A stretch of 64,000 nucleotides of DNA from Patescibacteria group bacterium (lineage in GTDB: Bacteria; Patescibacteriota; Patescibacteriia; UBA2196), in assembly GCA_028748975.1 (NCBI GenBank), contig JAQTPI010000003.1, positions 33,064 to 97,063 of the forward strand, read 5' to 3'. Position 1 is the stretch's first letter. Every line of letters begins with the position of its first letter. Positions 18,210 through 27,539 of this stretch are shown here, piece by piece. The translations under genes were made by a program, and so were the position numbers. The notes below the pieces were generated by a model, which did not search any database, was not told the DNA's origin, and was given only the letters and a program-made list of their open reading frames with translations.

Positions 18210-20300
18210 CTATTTTTTATCAACTAGTCCCTTCTTTTCAAGAATCTTCTCCACCACCATTTGCGGGGCGGGCTGATAATGCGAAAATTCCATGGTGAAA
18301 GAAGCGCGGCCTTGGGAGAGGGAGCGCACGGCGGTGGCGTAGCCAAACATGGAGGCCAGCGGCACTTCGCCATCAATAACTTTCATTTTGGCGCGGTCTT
18401 TCATTTCATGAATGACGGCACGGCGAGAGTTCAAATCGCCAATCACATCGCCCATATTTATTTCCGGCGTAACCACTTCAATTTTCATAATCGGCTCCAG
18501 TAAAACCGGCTTGGCGCGTCTGGCAGCTTCTTTAAAACCCAAAATACCCGCCATTTTAAACGCGGCTTCGGAAGAGTCAACTTCGTGGTAGGAACCATAA
18601 AACACGGCCACGGAAACATCCACCATGGGGTAGCCGGCGACGACGCCATTGCTCATGGCTTCAATCACGCCTTTTTCAATGGCCGGAATATATTCTTTGG
18701 GAATGATGCCGCCTTTGATTTCATCAATAAATTCAAAACCAGCGCCACGTTCGCGCGGAGAGACGCGCAATTCGCAGTGGCCATATTGGCCGCGGCCGCC
18801 GGACTGCTTGATATATTTGCCTTCGCCCTCAGCGGTGGCGGAAATTGTTTCTTTGTACGCCACCTGCGGGGCGCCGACATTGCATTCCACTTTAAATTCG
18901 CGTTTCATGCGCTCCACCATGACGTCAAGGTGAAGTTCGCCCATACCGGCGACAATTGTTTCCAAAGTTTCTTCGTCAGTGTGCGCTTTGAAAGTCGGAT
19001 CTTCTTTCATTAATTTTTGCAAAGCCATGCCCATTCTTTCCTGATCGCCTTTGGTTTTCGGCTCAATGGCAATCTGAATGACGGGGTCGGCAAATTTTAT
19101 TTTTTCCAAAATAATCGGGTGGTTTTCATCGCACATAGTGTCGCCGGTATTGGTGTCTTTCAGACCGACGGCCGCGGCGATTTCCCCGGAATAAACTTCA
19201 CTGACATCTTCTCTTTTATTGGCGTGCATGCGGACGATTCTGCCCAAACGTTCTTTTTGGCCATTAGAAGAATTCAAAACATAACTGCCGGCGGAAAGCG
19301 TGCCAGAATAAACGCGGAAAAAAGTTAAAGTGCCGACAAAGGGGTCGCTCGCAACCTTAAAAGCCAGCGCGGCAAAAGGCGCCGCGTCATCGGCCTTGCA
19401 TTCAATTCTTTTTTCTTCATTGCCCGGTTCAAAACCAGTAATGGGTGGCACGTCCAAAGGCGAGGGCAAATATTCCACGACGGCGTCCAACATTAATTGC
19501 ACGCCCTGATTGCTTAAAGCGTCGCCGCAGATGACGGGATAAAATTCACATTTGATAACCGCGGCGCGAATAGCGGCTTTGGCTTCGGAGACGGAAATTT
19601 CATGGCCGTTTAAAAATTTATCGGATAATTTATCATCGGTTTCCGCCACTTTTTCCATTAAAATTTCGCGGTATTTTTTGACATCTTCTTTCATTGTTTC
19701 GGGAATCGGAATTTCTACCACCTCCTCGCCGTTTTGTCCTTCAAATTTGTAGGCCTTTTCCGTGAGCAAATCAATAATTCCTTCAAAAGCGCTGTCCATG
19801 CCAATCGGGAGTTGGGCGGCCACGGCTTTGTCGCTCAATCTTTCTTTAATGGAATTCAAAGACATGTAAAAATCCGCGCCCAATTTTTTCATTTTATTGA
19901 TGTAACAAATGCGCGGGACGCCATATTTTTCCGCCTGATGCCAGACGGTTTCCGATTGCGGTTCCACGCCTTGAGAGCCATCGAAAACAGCCACGGCGCC
20001 GTCAAGGACGCGCAAAGATCTTTCCACTTCCACGGTGAAATCCACATGGCCAGGAGTATCAATAATATTAATGCGGTGGTCTTTCCAAAAACAAGTGGTA
20101 GCGGCGGAAGTGATCGTGATGCCGCGCTCTTTTTCCTGATCCATCCAGTCCATTTCAGCCGCGCCTTCGTGCACCTCGCCGATTTTGTGTTTTTTGCCGG
20201 TGTAAAACAAAATCCGCTCGGTAGTGGTCGTCTTACCGGCGTCAATGTGGGCCATGATGCCAATGTTTCTGGTGTTTTCGAGGGAATATTCTCGGGGCAT
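18210..20300 (-). CDS. fusA: Elongation factor G
   Basis: [26 protein letters not shown] and full EF-G domains. The start is trimmed to [14 protein letters not shown] because the ORF N-terminus runs into a GC-hairpin. Confidence 0.93.
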   Translation of the reverse strand: MPREYSLENTRNIGIMAHIDAGKTTTTERILFYTGKKHKIGEVHEGAAEMDWMDQEKERGITITSAATTCFWKDHRINIIDTPGHVDFTVEVERSLRVLDGAVAVFDGSQGVEPQSETVWHQAEKYGVPRICYINKMKKLGADFYMSLNSIKERLSDKAVAAQLPIGMDSAFEGIIDLLTEKAYKFEGQNGEEVVEIPIPETMKEDVKKYREILMEKVAETDDKLSDKFLNGHEISVSEAKAAIRAAVIKCEFYPVICGDALSNQGVQLMLDAVVEYLPSPLDVPPITGFEPGNEEKRIECKADDAAPFAALAFKVASDPFVGTLTFFRVYSGTLSAGSYVLNSSNGQKERLGRIVRMHANKREDVSEVYSGEIAAAVGLKDTNTGDTMCDENHPIILEKIKFADPVIQIAIEPKTKGDQERMGMALQKLMKEDPTFKAHTDEETLETIVAGMGELHLDVMVERMKREFKVECNVGAPQVAYKETISATAEGEGKYIKQSGGRGQYGHCELRVSPRERGAGFEFIDEIKGGIIPKEYIPAIEKGVIEAMSNGVVAGYPMVDVSVAVFYGSYHEVDSSEAAFKMAGILGFKEAARRAKPVLLEPIMKIEVVTPEINMGDVIGDLNSRRAVIHEMKDRAKMKVIDGEVPLASMFGYATAVRSLSQGRASFTMEFSHYQPAPQMVVEKILEKKGLVDKK

Positions 20301-20635
20301 AGTTTTGATGGTGTCATCCTGAGGAGCGAGAGCGACGAAGGATCTCGTAATAAAAGTATCCGTCATCCCGAGGCCCGATAGCAATCGGGCCGATGGGATC
20401 TTGTAGCTATTGCCAGGATTTTAATTTTTAATTTCTAATTTCCAGTTTCCTAAAAAACCAAAAATCAGAAATCATTTATAATCATACACTAATTTTAAGA
20501 GAAAATAAAGGGGGGTCAAGGTACGGCCCCCTTTTTGCATACGATAAATATTTGTTTGTTTTTATCGCTTGAGAACTTGGAACTTAAGGGAAAGGGAGGC
20601 CGAGTTGGGGCCCTCTCTTTTGTGTCTAACAAATT

Positions 20636-20950
20636 TTATTTTTTATCCACAAATCCCAAAAATCTTGATGTAAAAAAACGAAATTCAAAACAAGAAAGCA
20701 TATTTTTTCCACGGCCCTCAACAATAAATAATGTCTTTTCGTCATGACTTCTGTTCGGTGCCCTGATACCCGTAACCAACATGATACCGCTTTCTCCGGA
20801 AGCTACACCACCGAAACGAACCTTTCTACCAACCCAGCTTTGTGCCATTTCAAAAAGTTTTTTGCGGGTCAAATCCCAATCAAAAAACTTTTCTTTTCTT
20901 TTACGGATAACGGCCAACAATTCATTTAAAATCCTTTCCACTACGCCCAA
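20636..20950 (-). CDS. Hypothetical 104-aa protein in a ~0.9-kb insertion between rpsG and fusA
   Basis: ORF only. No motif recognised. It is flanked by GC hairpins. Confidence 0.3.
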   Translation of the reverse strand: MGVVERILNELLAVIRKRKEKFFDWDLTRKKLFEMAQSWVGRKVRFGGVASGESGIMLVTGIRAPNRSHDEKTLFIVEGRGKNMLSCFEFRFFTSRFLGFVDKK

Positions 20951-21212
20951 TTCTCTGTACCCGGTTTCAATACTTATAAAAATTTCTTCAAAACTGCGAC
21001 CTTTTTCAGCATAAAGCCGAATGTCGTTGTTGTCTTGTTTCGTTTTTTCCTCCTTGCCCCGAGTTTATTGCGGGGGCTGTGTTTGGTTGTAATTTTTTTA
21101 TCATTCCCACGCAAGTGAAAATCCAATTTTCTGGATTCCCGCCTGCGCGGGAATGACATGGTTGCGGCTATTCGCAAATTTATTCGCAAACATTCGCAAA
21201 CATATTCGCGTG

Positions 21213-21686
21213 CTACCCGAAACGCGCAAAGTGCGCGAAGGCTTTGTTGGCGTCGGCCATGCGGTGCACGTCTTCTTTCTTTTTGACAGCCGGGCCTTCG
21301 CCTTTGGCCGAGTCCATTAAAACACTGGCTAATTTTTCCGCCATGGGCTTGCCTTTTATTTTTCTTGACGCATCCAAAATCCAGCGAGTGGCGAGTGTCA
21401 AACGGCGTTCGTCACGCACTGGAAACGGCACCTGATAGTTGGCGCCGCCGACGCGTTTGCCGCGAACTTCCACCGATGGCCCAACTTTTTTCATGGCCTG
21501 GTCAAAAGTTTGCAAAGGGTCTTTTTGGGTTTTTTCTTTAATAATAGCAAAAGCGCCATAGACGATTTTTTGCGCCACAGTTTTTTTGCCGCGTTGCATA
21601 ATATAATTGATGAACTTACCGATGTCCGCGCGGTTATATTTCGGATCGGGATTGATTTTTCTTTTAGGAGCTGGTTTGCCACGCAT
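21213..21686 (-). CDS. rpsG: Ribosomal protein S7
   Basis: MRGKPAPKRKINPDPKYN…KKTVAQKIVYGAF… is typical S7. Confidence 0.9.
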   Translation of the reverse strand: MRGKPAPKRKINPDPKYNRADIGKFINYIMQRGKKTVAQKIVYGAFAIIKEKTQKDPLQTFDQAMKKVGPSVEVRGKRVGGANYQVPFPVRDERRLTLATRWILDASRKIKGKPMAEKLASVLMDSAKGEGPAVKKKEDVHRMADANKAFAHFARFG

Positions 21687-21804
21687 ATTATTTCAGAACT
21701 CAAAACTCAATTAACAAAACTCAAGACGGCCGTTTCCTTAATTCTTACTTTTAAATTCTTAATTCTCTTCCTTGTTTTTTGTTTATTGTGTTTTGTGTTT
21801 TTAT

Positions 21805-22224
21805 TTATTTTTTCCCTCGTTTAGTGCCATAAAGCGACCGCCCGCGCTTTCTGTTTTCCACACCCACGGTGTCGTATCGGCCGCGGACGATGTGATAACG
21901 GACGCCGGGCAAATCTTTCACACGGCCGCCGCGAATCATGACGATGGAGTGTTCCTGCAAATTATGGCCTTCGCCCGGAATGTAGGCGGTAACTTCTTCA
22001 CCGTTGGACAATCTGACTCTGGCCACTTTGCGCAAAGCCGAGTTTGGTTTTTTGGGAGTTCTGGTGGTAACTTTGGTGCAGACGCCGCGCTTAAAAGGGC
22101 TGCCTTTGGGCAATTCGCTTTTTTGTCTTTTGATTACATCCAAAACCGAAGACAAAGCCGGAGTCTTGGACTTGGCTTTTTTTGATTTTCTCGGTCGTTT
22201 GATGAGCTGATTAATTGTTGGCAT
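21805..22224 (-). CDS. rpsL: Ribosomal protein S12
   Basis: [16 protein letters not shown]…[16 protein letters not shown]…. It is the first gene of the str operon. Confidence 0.9.
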   Translation of the reverse strand: MPTINQLIKRPRKSKKAKSKTPALSSVLDVIKRQKSELPKGSPFKRGVCTKVTTRTPKKPNSALRKVARVRLSNGEEVTAYIPGEGHNLQEHSIVMIRGGRVKDLPGVRYHIVRGRYDTVGVENRKRGRSLYGTKRGKK

Positions 22225-22329
22225 AACTTGTGTTTTCTCCCCTCCTTTTCAAGAGGGGGTCCGCCAGCTGGCGGAGGGGTGGTTATTTATTTCGCCGATA
22301 GGCGCATATTATTACTTAATCCATTATAC

Positions 22330-22358
22330 CTATATAAAAAAATCTTGTCAAATGAAAT
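22330..22358 (-). promoter_or_regulatory. Consensus promoter for the rpsL operon, preceded by a terminator hairpin
   Basis: The minus strand reads gcagggcctaaaaaccctgc-TTTTTTATTTCAT-TTGACA-agatttttttatatagg-TATAAT. Confidence 0.6.
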
Positions 22359-22401
22359 AAAAAAGCAGGGTTTTTAGGCCCTGCGGAGATTGGTGTATTT
22401 T

Positions 22402-22875
22402 TTATAGTTCCAGTGAAATTTTTTCAATTTCTTGGAACAACACGAGCGCCTTGACTTCCGGTTCTTTAATTGGCGGCGCGACCTCAAAAACTTTTACTTC
22501 CACCTGTTTTGCTTCTTCCACTTCATCTTTATATACCCCCGGGTAAATTCTTGCTCGATGACATAAACTCAAACAACGATAAGATTCATAACTACCCCAA
22601 TCAAAAGAAAATTTGATACCCAAATCTTCCATTTTTTCATTAATCGGTGTGGGGTGTCCGGAACTTACCATTTGATGAACGGTATATCCAACTTCAATTT
22701 CCCGATCTTTAGAAACCGTGCTGATAAACACCAGTTTAACACCCTTGGTTAAATTTTCTGAATTTTCCAAAACAAATAGCATGGCCTTCTTGCCAAAATC
22801 GCTCACGTATTTTTGGTTGGACGAAATGATAATTTTCCTCAATTCCGCCATTTGCTCCACGGTTGCCGGTTTCAC
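22402..22875 (-). CDS. Hypothetical protein, paralog 1 of a tandem pair (probable GTG start overlapping the upstream stop)
   Basis: VKPATVEQMAELRKIIISS…GKKAMLFVLENSEN… shares ordered similarity with the upstream gene. GTG/TGA overlap suggests translational coupling. Confidence 0.5.
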   Translation of the reverse strand: MKPATVEQMAELRKIIISSNQKYVSDFGKKAMLFVLENSENLTKGVKLVFISTVSKDREIEVGYTVHQMVSSGHPTPINEKMEDLGIKFSFDWGSYESYRCLSLCHRARIYPGVYKDEVEEAKQVEVKVFEVAPPIKEPEVKALVLFQEIEKISLEL

Positions 22876-23297
22876 CCCTTTCCTCCTTTTTTGGTTTTTG
22901 ATTGACATAAGGAAATTTTTTGAATATCAGCCGGCTTTGCTTCTAAGATCATCTCTTTGGAGACGCTATAAGAACCACTATAAAAGGATTTCTTACTGAT
23001 AAGCGCGCAAAAATAGTGATTGGGAATTCCACCACCCCTATCAAAACGTAAGTTAATTTTCATTCGCTCCGAAAAACGATCCAGGTTTATACTTCTCCGA
23101 CTACTACATATATCGTGAATTGTGCGAGCACCTTCTCGCCCCAACTTTGATCTCAAATATAAAACCACTTCTCTTGTTCCTTGTTTTGAATGTTCCAACA
23201 AATAAAGCATAACTTTCTTACCAAGCTCCGTACCCTGCGGCGCTTCTATAATTTTTTGGCGCAAGGCTACCATTTGCACTGTGGTCAGCGGCTTCAT
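22872..23297 (-). CDS. Hypothetical protein, paralog 2 of a tandem pair
   Basis: MKPLTTVQMVALRQKIIEAPQGTELGKKVMLYLLEHSKQGT… is preceded by AAAAGGAGG and by the hairpin-TTTTTTATTTCATTTGACA module. Confidence 0.5.
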   Translation of the reverse strand: MKPLTTVQMVALRQKIIEAPQGTELGKKVMLYLLEHSKQGTREVVLYLRSKLGREGARTIHDICSSRRSINLDRFSERMKINLRFDRGGGIPNHYFCALISKKSFYSGSYSVSKEMILEAKPADIQKISLCQSKTKKGGKG

Positions 23298-23454
23298 TTT
23301 TTTTCTTTGCACTCTTCCTCCTTTTATCGCCTGTGGCGATTGAGTTATGAAAAAACGTTTTCTTCTTATTTCTAACCTAGCATGAATAAAAAATCATGTC
23401 AAATGAAATAAAAAACCGGCGGAAGCTGGTTCCAGGCCGGTTCGGTATGTGGAG

Positions 23455-23718
23455 TCAAATGCCGCCAAGGTGTTTTCCTATTTTTTTTGGCGGTATGCCA
23501 AAATTTTGGAAAAAAGTAAGGGCTTCTCTTTTTATCTTTCTTTCTTCTTCAACTGAAAGAGTGGCTTTTCCTTTCTCTTCTTTAGCTGAAAGGGGTTCAG
23601 GAGGATAATCAGCACCCTCGTCCTCATAATAGCCGTCGGTAAAGACACCTACTTCTCCCAAAATTCTGGTTTGCAAAAGAAAGCTTAAAAAATTGTTTTT
23701 GAGCCGTCGCCAACACAT
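23455..23718 (-). CDS. Hypothetical 87-aa protein
   Basis: ORF only. Confidence 0.3.
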   Translation of the reverse strand: MCWRRLKNNFLSFLLQTRILGEVGVFTDGYYEDEGADYPPEPLSAKEEKGKATLSVEEERKIKREALTFFQNFGIPPKKIGKHLGGI

Positions 23719-23786
23719 GTGACCTCCTGGTTTGATTTATTTTGTTTATGAATTAAAACTATCAAAAATAAAGTTATTTGTCAAAA

Positions 23787-24404
23787 TTAAACACTTAGCA
23801 ACAAATGATAAACCCAGTACACAATCGGCGTGAGGATTTGAAAACCGAAGAAAAGAAAAATTATTAAAATTATGAAACCGCTGCGTTCCAGCTGTGCCTG
23901 AAAATGGCGGGTGGAGGCGGGCAAAAGCGCGAAAAGAATTTTGGAGCCGTCCAGGGGCGGAATCGGCACCAAATTAAAAATTGCCAAAAGCACATTGGCA
24001 AAAACGATAATTGACAGGAGTTGAAAAAAGGCCGCGGACAAAAAAGTGAATGATAAAATTTTGATAAGCAAAGAAAAAATAATGGCCAAAATTAAATTGG
24101 AGGCTGGACCGGCAAGCGCCACCATGGCCGGGCCAAAGCGACGGCTAGAAAGATTATAAGGATTATAGGGCACGGGTTTGGCATAGGCAAACATAAAATT
24201 TCCGCCGGAAACAAAAAGCAAAAACAAAGGCAGAAGAATCGTGCCATAAATATCAATGTGGGCCAGCGGATTCAAAGTCAGCCGGCCGGCGTGTCTGGCG
24301 GTCGGATCGCCGAGTTTGTCCGCCACCAAACCGTGCGCGTATTCGTGCACGATGGAGGAAGGAATAATAATGAGAAAATAGAATAGAAGTTGAATGATAT
24401 TCAT
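23787..24404 (-). CDS. Site-2 protease family (peptidase M50) membrane metalloprotease
   Basis: HEYAHG (HExxH) in TM1 and NLVPIPPLDGSK (the LDG motif) in a polytopic membrane protein. Confidence 0.8.
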   Translation of the reverse strand: MNIIQLLFYFLIIIPSSIVHEYAHGLVADKLGDPTARHAGRLTLNPLAHIDIYGTILLPLFLLFVSGGNFMFAYAKPVPYNPYNLSSRRFGPAMVALAGPASNLILAIIFSLLIKILSFTFLSAAFFQLLSIIVFANVLLAIFNLVPIPPLDGSKILFALLPASTRHFQAQLERSGFIILIIFLFFGFQILTPIVYWVYHLLLSV

Positions 24405-24578
24405 AAATCCCTATTTACGTCATTCCGAGGTCCGATAGCAATCGGACCGATGGAATCTTTAATCGCAAAGATCCCATCGCTCAAAGCGACCATAGAGGTC
24501 GCTCGGGATGACGACATTTTTAAAATTTGACACCAAATTAATAAACTGCTACTATTATGGTAATTAAAATAAAATATT

Positions 24579-24767
24579 ATGAAAACTCTAGCTAGAACCT
24601 GCGATATTTGCGGACGCGGATATTTGCGCGGACACCAGGTTTCGCACTCCAACATCAAAACCATCAAACGCCAAATGGTCAATTTACAGACCAAAACTAT
24701 CAATGGCGTCAGAAAGAAAATCTGCGCCAAGTGTTTGCGCACAATGAAAAAGAAAATAATGGAATAA
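24579..24767 (+). CDS. rpmB: Ribosomal protein L28 (zinc-binding form)
   Basis: MKTLARTCDICGRGYLRGHQVSHSNIKTIKRQMVNLQ…ICAKCLR is L28 with CxxC…CxxC. Confidence 0.85.
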   Translation: MKTLARTCDICGRGYLRGHQVSHSNIKTIKRQMVNLQTKTINGVRKKICAKCLRTMKKKIME

Positions 24768-24866
24768 TCTGTCATTCCGGGCCTGACCCGGAATCCACTC
24801 CTTAAATATTATATCAAAAACACTGGCAAATTGCCAGTGTTTTTTATTTTATTAAATTTATTTTTA

Positions 24867-24937
24867 TCGGGCTGCCGGGAATTGAACCCGGGTTACATGC
24901 ACCCCATGCATGCGTAATACCGTTATACCACAGCCCG
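24867..24937 (-). tRNA. tRNA-Pro (anticodon GGG)
   Basis: The reverse complement folds into a cloverleaf with a 7-bp acceptor CGGGCUG/CAGCCCG, an anticodon stem CATGC/GCATG, the loop AUGGGGU and a T-arm CCGGG-UUCAAUU-CCCGG. No CCA is encoded. Confidence 0.75.
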
Positions 24938-25410
24938 AGAAAATTATTTTTGGTCTTCCCTTATTACTTATTACTAGTTACTTATTACCCATTATATTAA
25001 CACGAGATCCTTCGTCCTCTCCGCCAGCTGGCGGATCGTCCTCAGGATGACACTCTTTTGGAGAACAAAAAGGGGTTATTAGGCAGCTTAATCTAATTCC
25101 CTAAAAGTCAGATGAACCGCGCCGATGACAGTGTGTTTTTCTTACTGCCAAAGACGAACTGAATTCTTGGCCTAAAAACCAACACGGAGTCGGTTTTCGG
25201 CTAATTTCAGCCAAAACGGCCTCGGGAATCCTTGACCGCAAACCCACGGGCTGGCGATATGCAGATTCCACAATTTGCTGTTGTAGAAATTAGAAAACTG
25301 GCCTGTAACCCCAAGGTCATTATAGCATATTAGCATAGAGCATAAAAACATAAAAATACAAATCATACCTCTCTCCTTTTATAAATAAAAAAGGCGAGAT
25401 TATTTCTCGC

Positions 25411-25832
25411 CTAAGTTTTCTTGTGGGGGTAACGTTTTTTAAGGATTGGCATTATGGTTTCTGATAGTGAAAACGGCTTTTTTACAAAAATATTCATAAT
25501 GGTTGGGCGTGCGATATCTGGAGCGTCATAGCCAGAGATGATGATAATAAAAATTTCCGGGAAACGTTCTCTTAGTTTGATAGCCATGTCTTTCCCATCA
25601 CACCCCCCCCTAAATCAATTATGGCGGTGTCGATATTTTGTAAATTATTTTTTTGCAAATCAAGTATGAGTTGATCAGGATCATTATAGGAAATAAATGG
25701 GATGTCGCATTCTTCTAGCATCATTTCTAAGTAACTACGAACGCCATATTCATCTTCTAAAATTAAAACCATTTTATCCTCCTTCATGAATTGTAAACTT
25801 AAAAGATAATATACTAAATAATAACAAGCCAC
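25411..25832 (-). pseudogene. CheY-like single-domain response regulator interrupted by a frameshift in a C8/G8 homopolymer
   Basis: Upstream frame: MVLILEDEYGVRSYLEMMLEECDIPFISYNDPDQLILDLQKNNLQNIDTAIIDLGGG…. The shifted frame continues …DMAIKLRERFPEIFIIIISGYDAPDIARPTIMNIFVKKPFSLSETIMPILKK, with the frame change in the run ccccccccc at 25603-25610. Confidence 0.6.
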
Positions 25833-25942
25833 AAAATTTTGTCAAGTTTAATAATTTTATTTTATAAAAGTATAAGAATAAAAAAATAAAACCCCCAATT
25901 AAAAACTGGGGGTCAAAGAACGATGTAGGGATGTTAAAATGA

Positions 25943-26122
25943 TTACTTGGCGCCTCTGATTGCCTGGCAGATGGCGTCGACAATAACCAAAATAAAAATC
26001 AGGCCGCACAGAATAGTAAGAAAAATCCAGATAACCTCGTTTGAGTGGTATTTAATAGGTGTGGCAAAAAGCGCCGTTAAAATGGCAAAAATCAACCCGA
26101 GAATCGCATGATAGAGCAGCAT
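25943..26122 (-). CDS. Small (59-aa) two-TM membrane protein, tandem paralog A
   Basis: MLLYHAILGLIFAILTALFATPIKYHSNEVIWIFLTILCGLIFILVIVDAICQAIRGAK. The RBS is GGAGGAAAAAAGATG. Confidence 0.5.
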   Translation of the reverse strand: MLLYHAILGLIFAILTALFATPIKYHSNEVIWIFLTILCGLIFILVIVDAICQAIRGAK

Positions 26123-26141
26123 CTTTTTTCCTCCTTTGTTA

Positions 26142-26315
26142 TTAATTGCGTCTGATTGCCTGGCAGATTCCTTCGACAATAACTGCAACAAAAAGAAGGC
26201 CACATACGATAATAAGAAAAACCCAGGTAGGACTTGGGCTGGCTTTCATAAATGCGCCACATATCGCTATGAAAGTGGCTAAAATAATCGCAGCAACCCA
26301 ACAAATACCGCCCAT
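26142..26315 (-). CDS. Small (57-aa) two-TM membrane protein, tandem paralog B
   Basis: MGGICWVAAIILATFIAICGAFMKASPSPTWVFLIIVCGLLFVAVIVEGICQAIRRN, found by hand translation. It has the same RBS and a conserved C-terminus. A promoter TTGACA-16-TATAAT lies at ~26355-26385 on the minus strand. Confidence 0.5.
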   Translation of the reverse strand: MGGICWVAAIILATFIAICGAFMKASPSPTWVFLIIVCGLLFVAVIVEGICQAIRRN

Positions 26316-26845
26316 CTTTTTTCCTCCTTTTTATGTGTGTTTTAGCTCTATTTTTGAGCTAATACTTATATTATAGCAAATCTATATTTTTTGTCAAACC
26401 CCTATTCCCTATAACCACTCTGCTTTGAAAAGAAAGAGATAATAAAAAGCCGCCGGTTTGTTGTGTGTTCCGGCGGCGAATGTTGGTCTGGACGGCAAAG
26501 CTTTTGGCCTTGCCGCCCAGCCAGCTGCCAGCTTGGGATCGCCTCACTGACAACTATTGAATGGATTTAAAAATTAAAGCCGGTCCGAAGGATTTCGGAC
26601 CGGCTGATTTTTATGTAATTTTTACTCTGGTGTTGATGTTTACATAAAATTCAAAGCCGGTCCGTTTAAAAGGACAACCAAAACCAAAACGACCACCAAG
26701 GTTAAAACCGGCAGAGAATTTAATTTATTATTGGTCAAAAGACTTTTCCACATATTCTTATTCATATTAACATTTTAGCATATTAGCATTGAAACATTCA
26801 AGCCGCTGTGCTAAAAAGCTAAAATGCTAACATGCTAAAATGATT

Positions 26846-27439
26846 TTATTTCAGCAAATCCAAATCATAAAGAATTTTTTCCACAATTAAATCATATTTC
26901 AAAATTTCCTCTTCCTTAAACCAAATTTTAATTTCCCGCTCGGCTTCTTCCTTTGTCTCCGAAGAGTGGATAATATTCCTAACCGAACGCATGTCGGCAT
27001 CAGCCAAATGATAGGAATCCACGGTAAAATCGCCACGAATGGTACCAACATCAGAAGTTAAAGGTTCAGTGCCGCCGACGAGTTTGCGCACAATGTCGCA
27101 GACACTGTTGCCCTGCCAAATCATCGCCGCCACTGGCCCCGAAGTGATGAAATCCACCAGCACTTTTTGTTTTTCTTGGCCATATTCAATGGGAGTTTTT
27201 TCAATTGGTTTGCCGGCCAATTTTTTTTCTTCAATGGCGCGCTTGCCTACTTTTTCAAACCAAACATCATCTTTTTTGTAATGTTCAAAGGCCTGCTCAC
27301 GCGTGGCAAAAACCAATTTCAAAGCCGCGAGTTTCAAACCCACTCGTTCAAAACGGCCGATGATTTCACCAATGAGTCCGCGCTGGACGCCATCGGGCTT
27401 GATTAAAATTAAAGCTCTGTCACGTTTGGATTGCGGCAT
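26846..27439 (-). CDS. ndk: Nucleoside diphosphate kinase with a C-terminal extension
   Basis: …ALILIKPDGVQRGLIGEIIGRFE… and …NIIHSSETKEEAEREIKIWF… (active-site His). Confidence 0.85.
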   Translation of the reverse strand: MPQSKRDRALILIKPDGVQRGLIGEIIGRFERVGLKLAALKLVFATREQAFEHYKKDDVWFEKVGKRAIEEKKLAGKPIEKTPIEYGQEKQKVLVDFITSGPVAAMIWQGNSVCDIVRKLVGGTEPLTSDVGTIRGDFTVDSYHLADADMRSVRNIIHSSETKEEAEREIKIWFKEEEILKYDLIVEKILYDLDLLK

Positions 27440-27539
27440 AAATGTTTTATTTACTTTACTTTCATTCTAGCACTTGAATAAAAACTGTCAAATAAAAAGG
27501 CGCCATTGTTTGCAACAAAGGCGCCAAAAAGTGTCTGCT

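Noticed and set aside
24401-24775. 124-aa minus-strand ORF overlapping rpmB
   Set aside because: It lies antisense to a well-supported L28 gene, and its N-terminal part is a translated GC hairpin (VIPRSDSNRTDGIFNRKDPIAQSDH…). It is an artefact of the palindromic elements.
25774-25983. 69-aa minus-strand ORF between the receiver gene and the small membrane protein gene
   Set aside because: It overlaps the 5' region of the receiver gene and the 3' end of paralog A. It is low-complexity and hydrophobic with no RBS, so it is likely noise.
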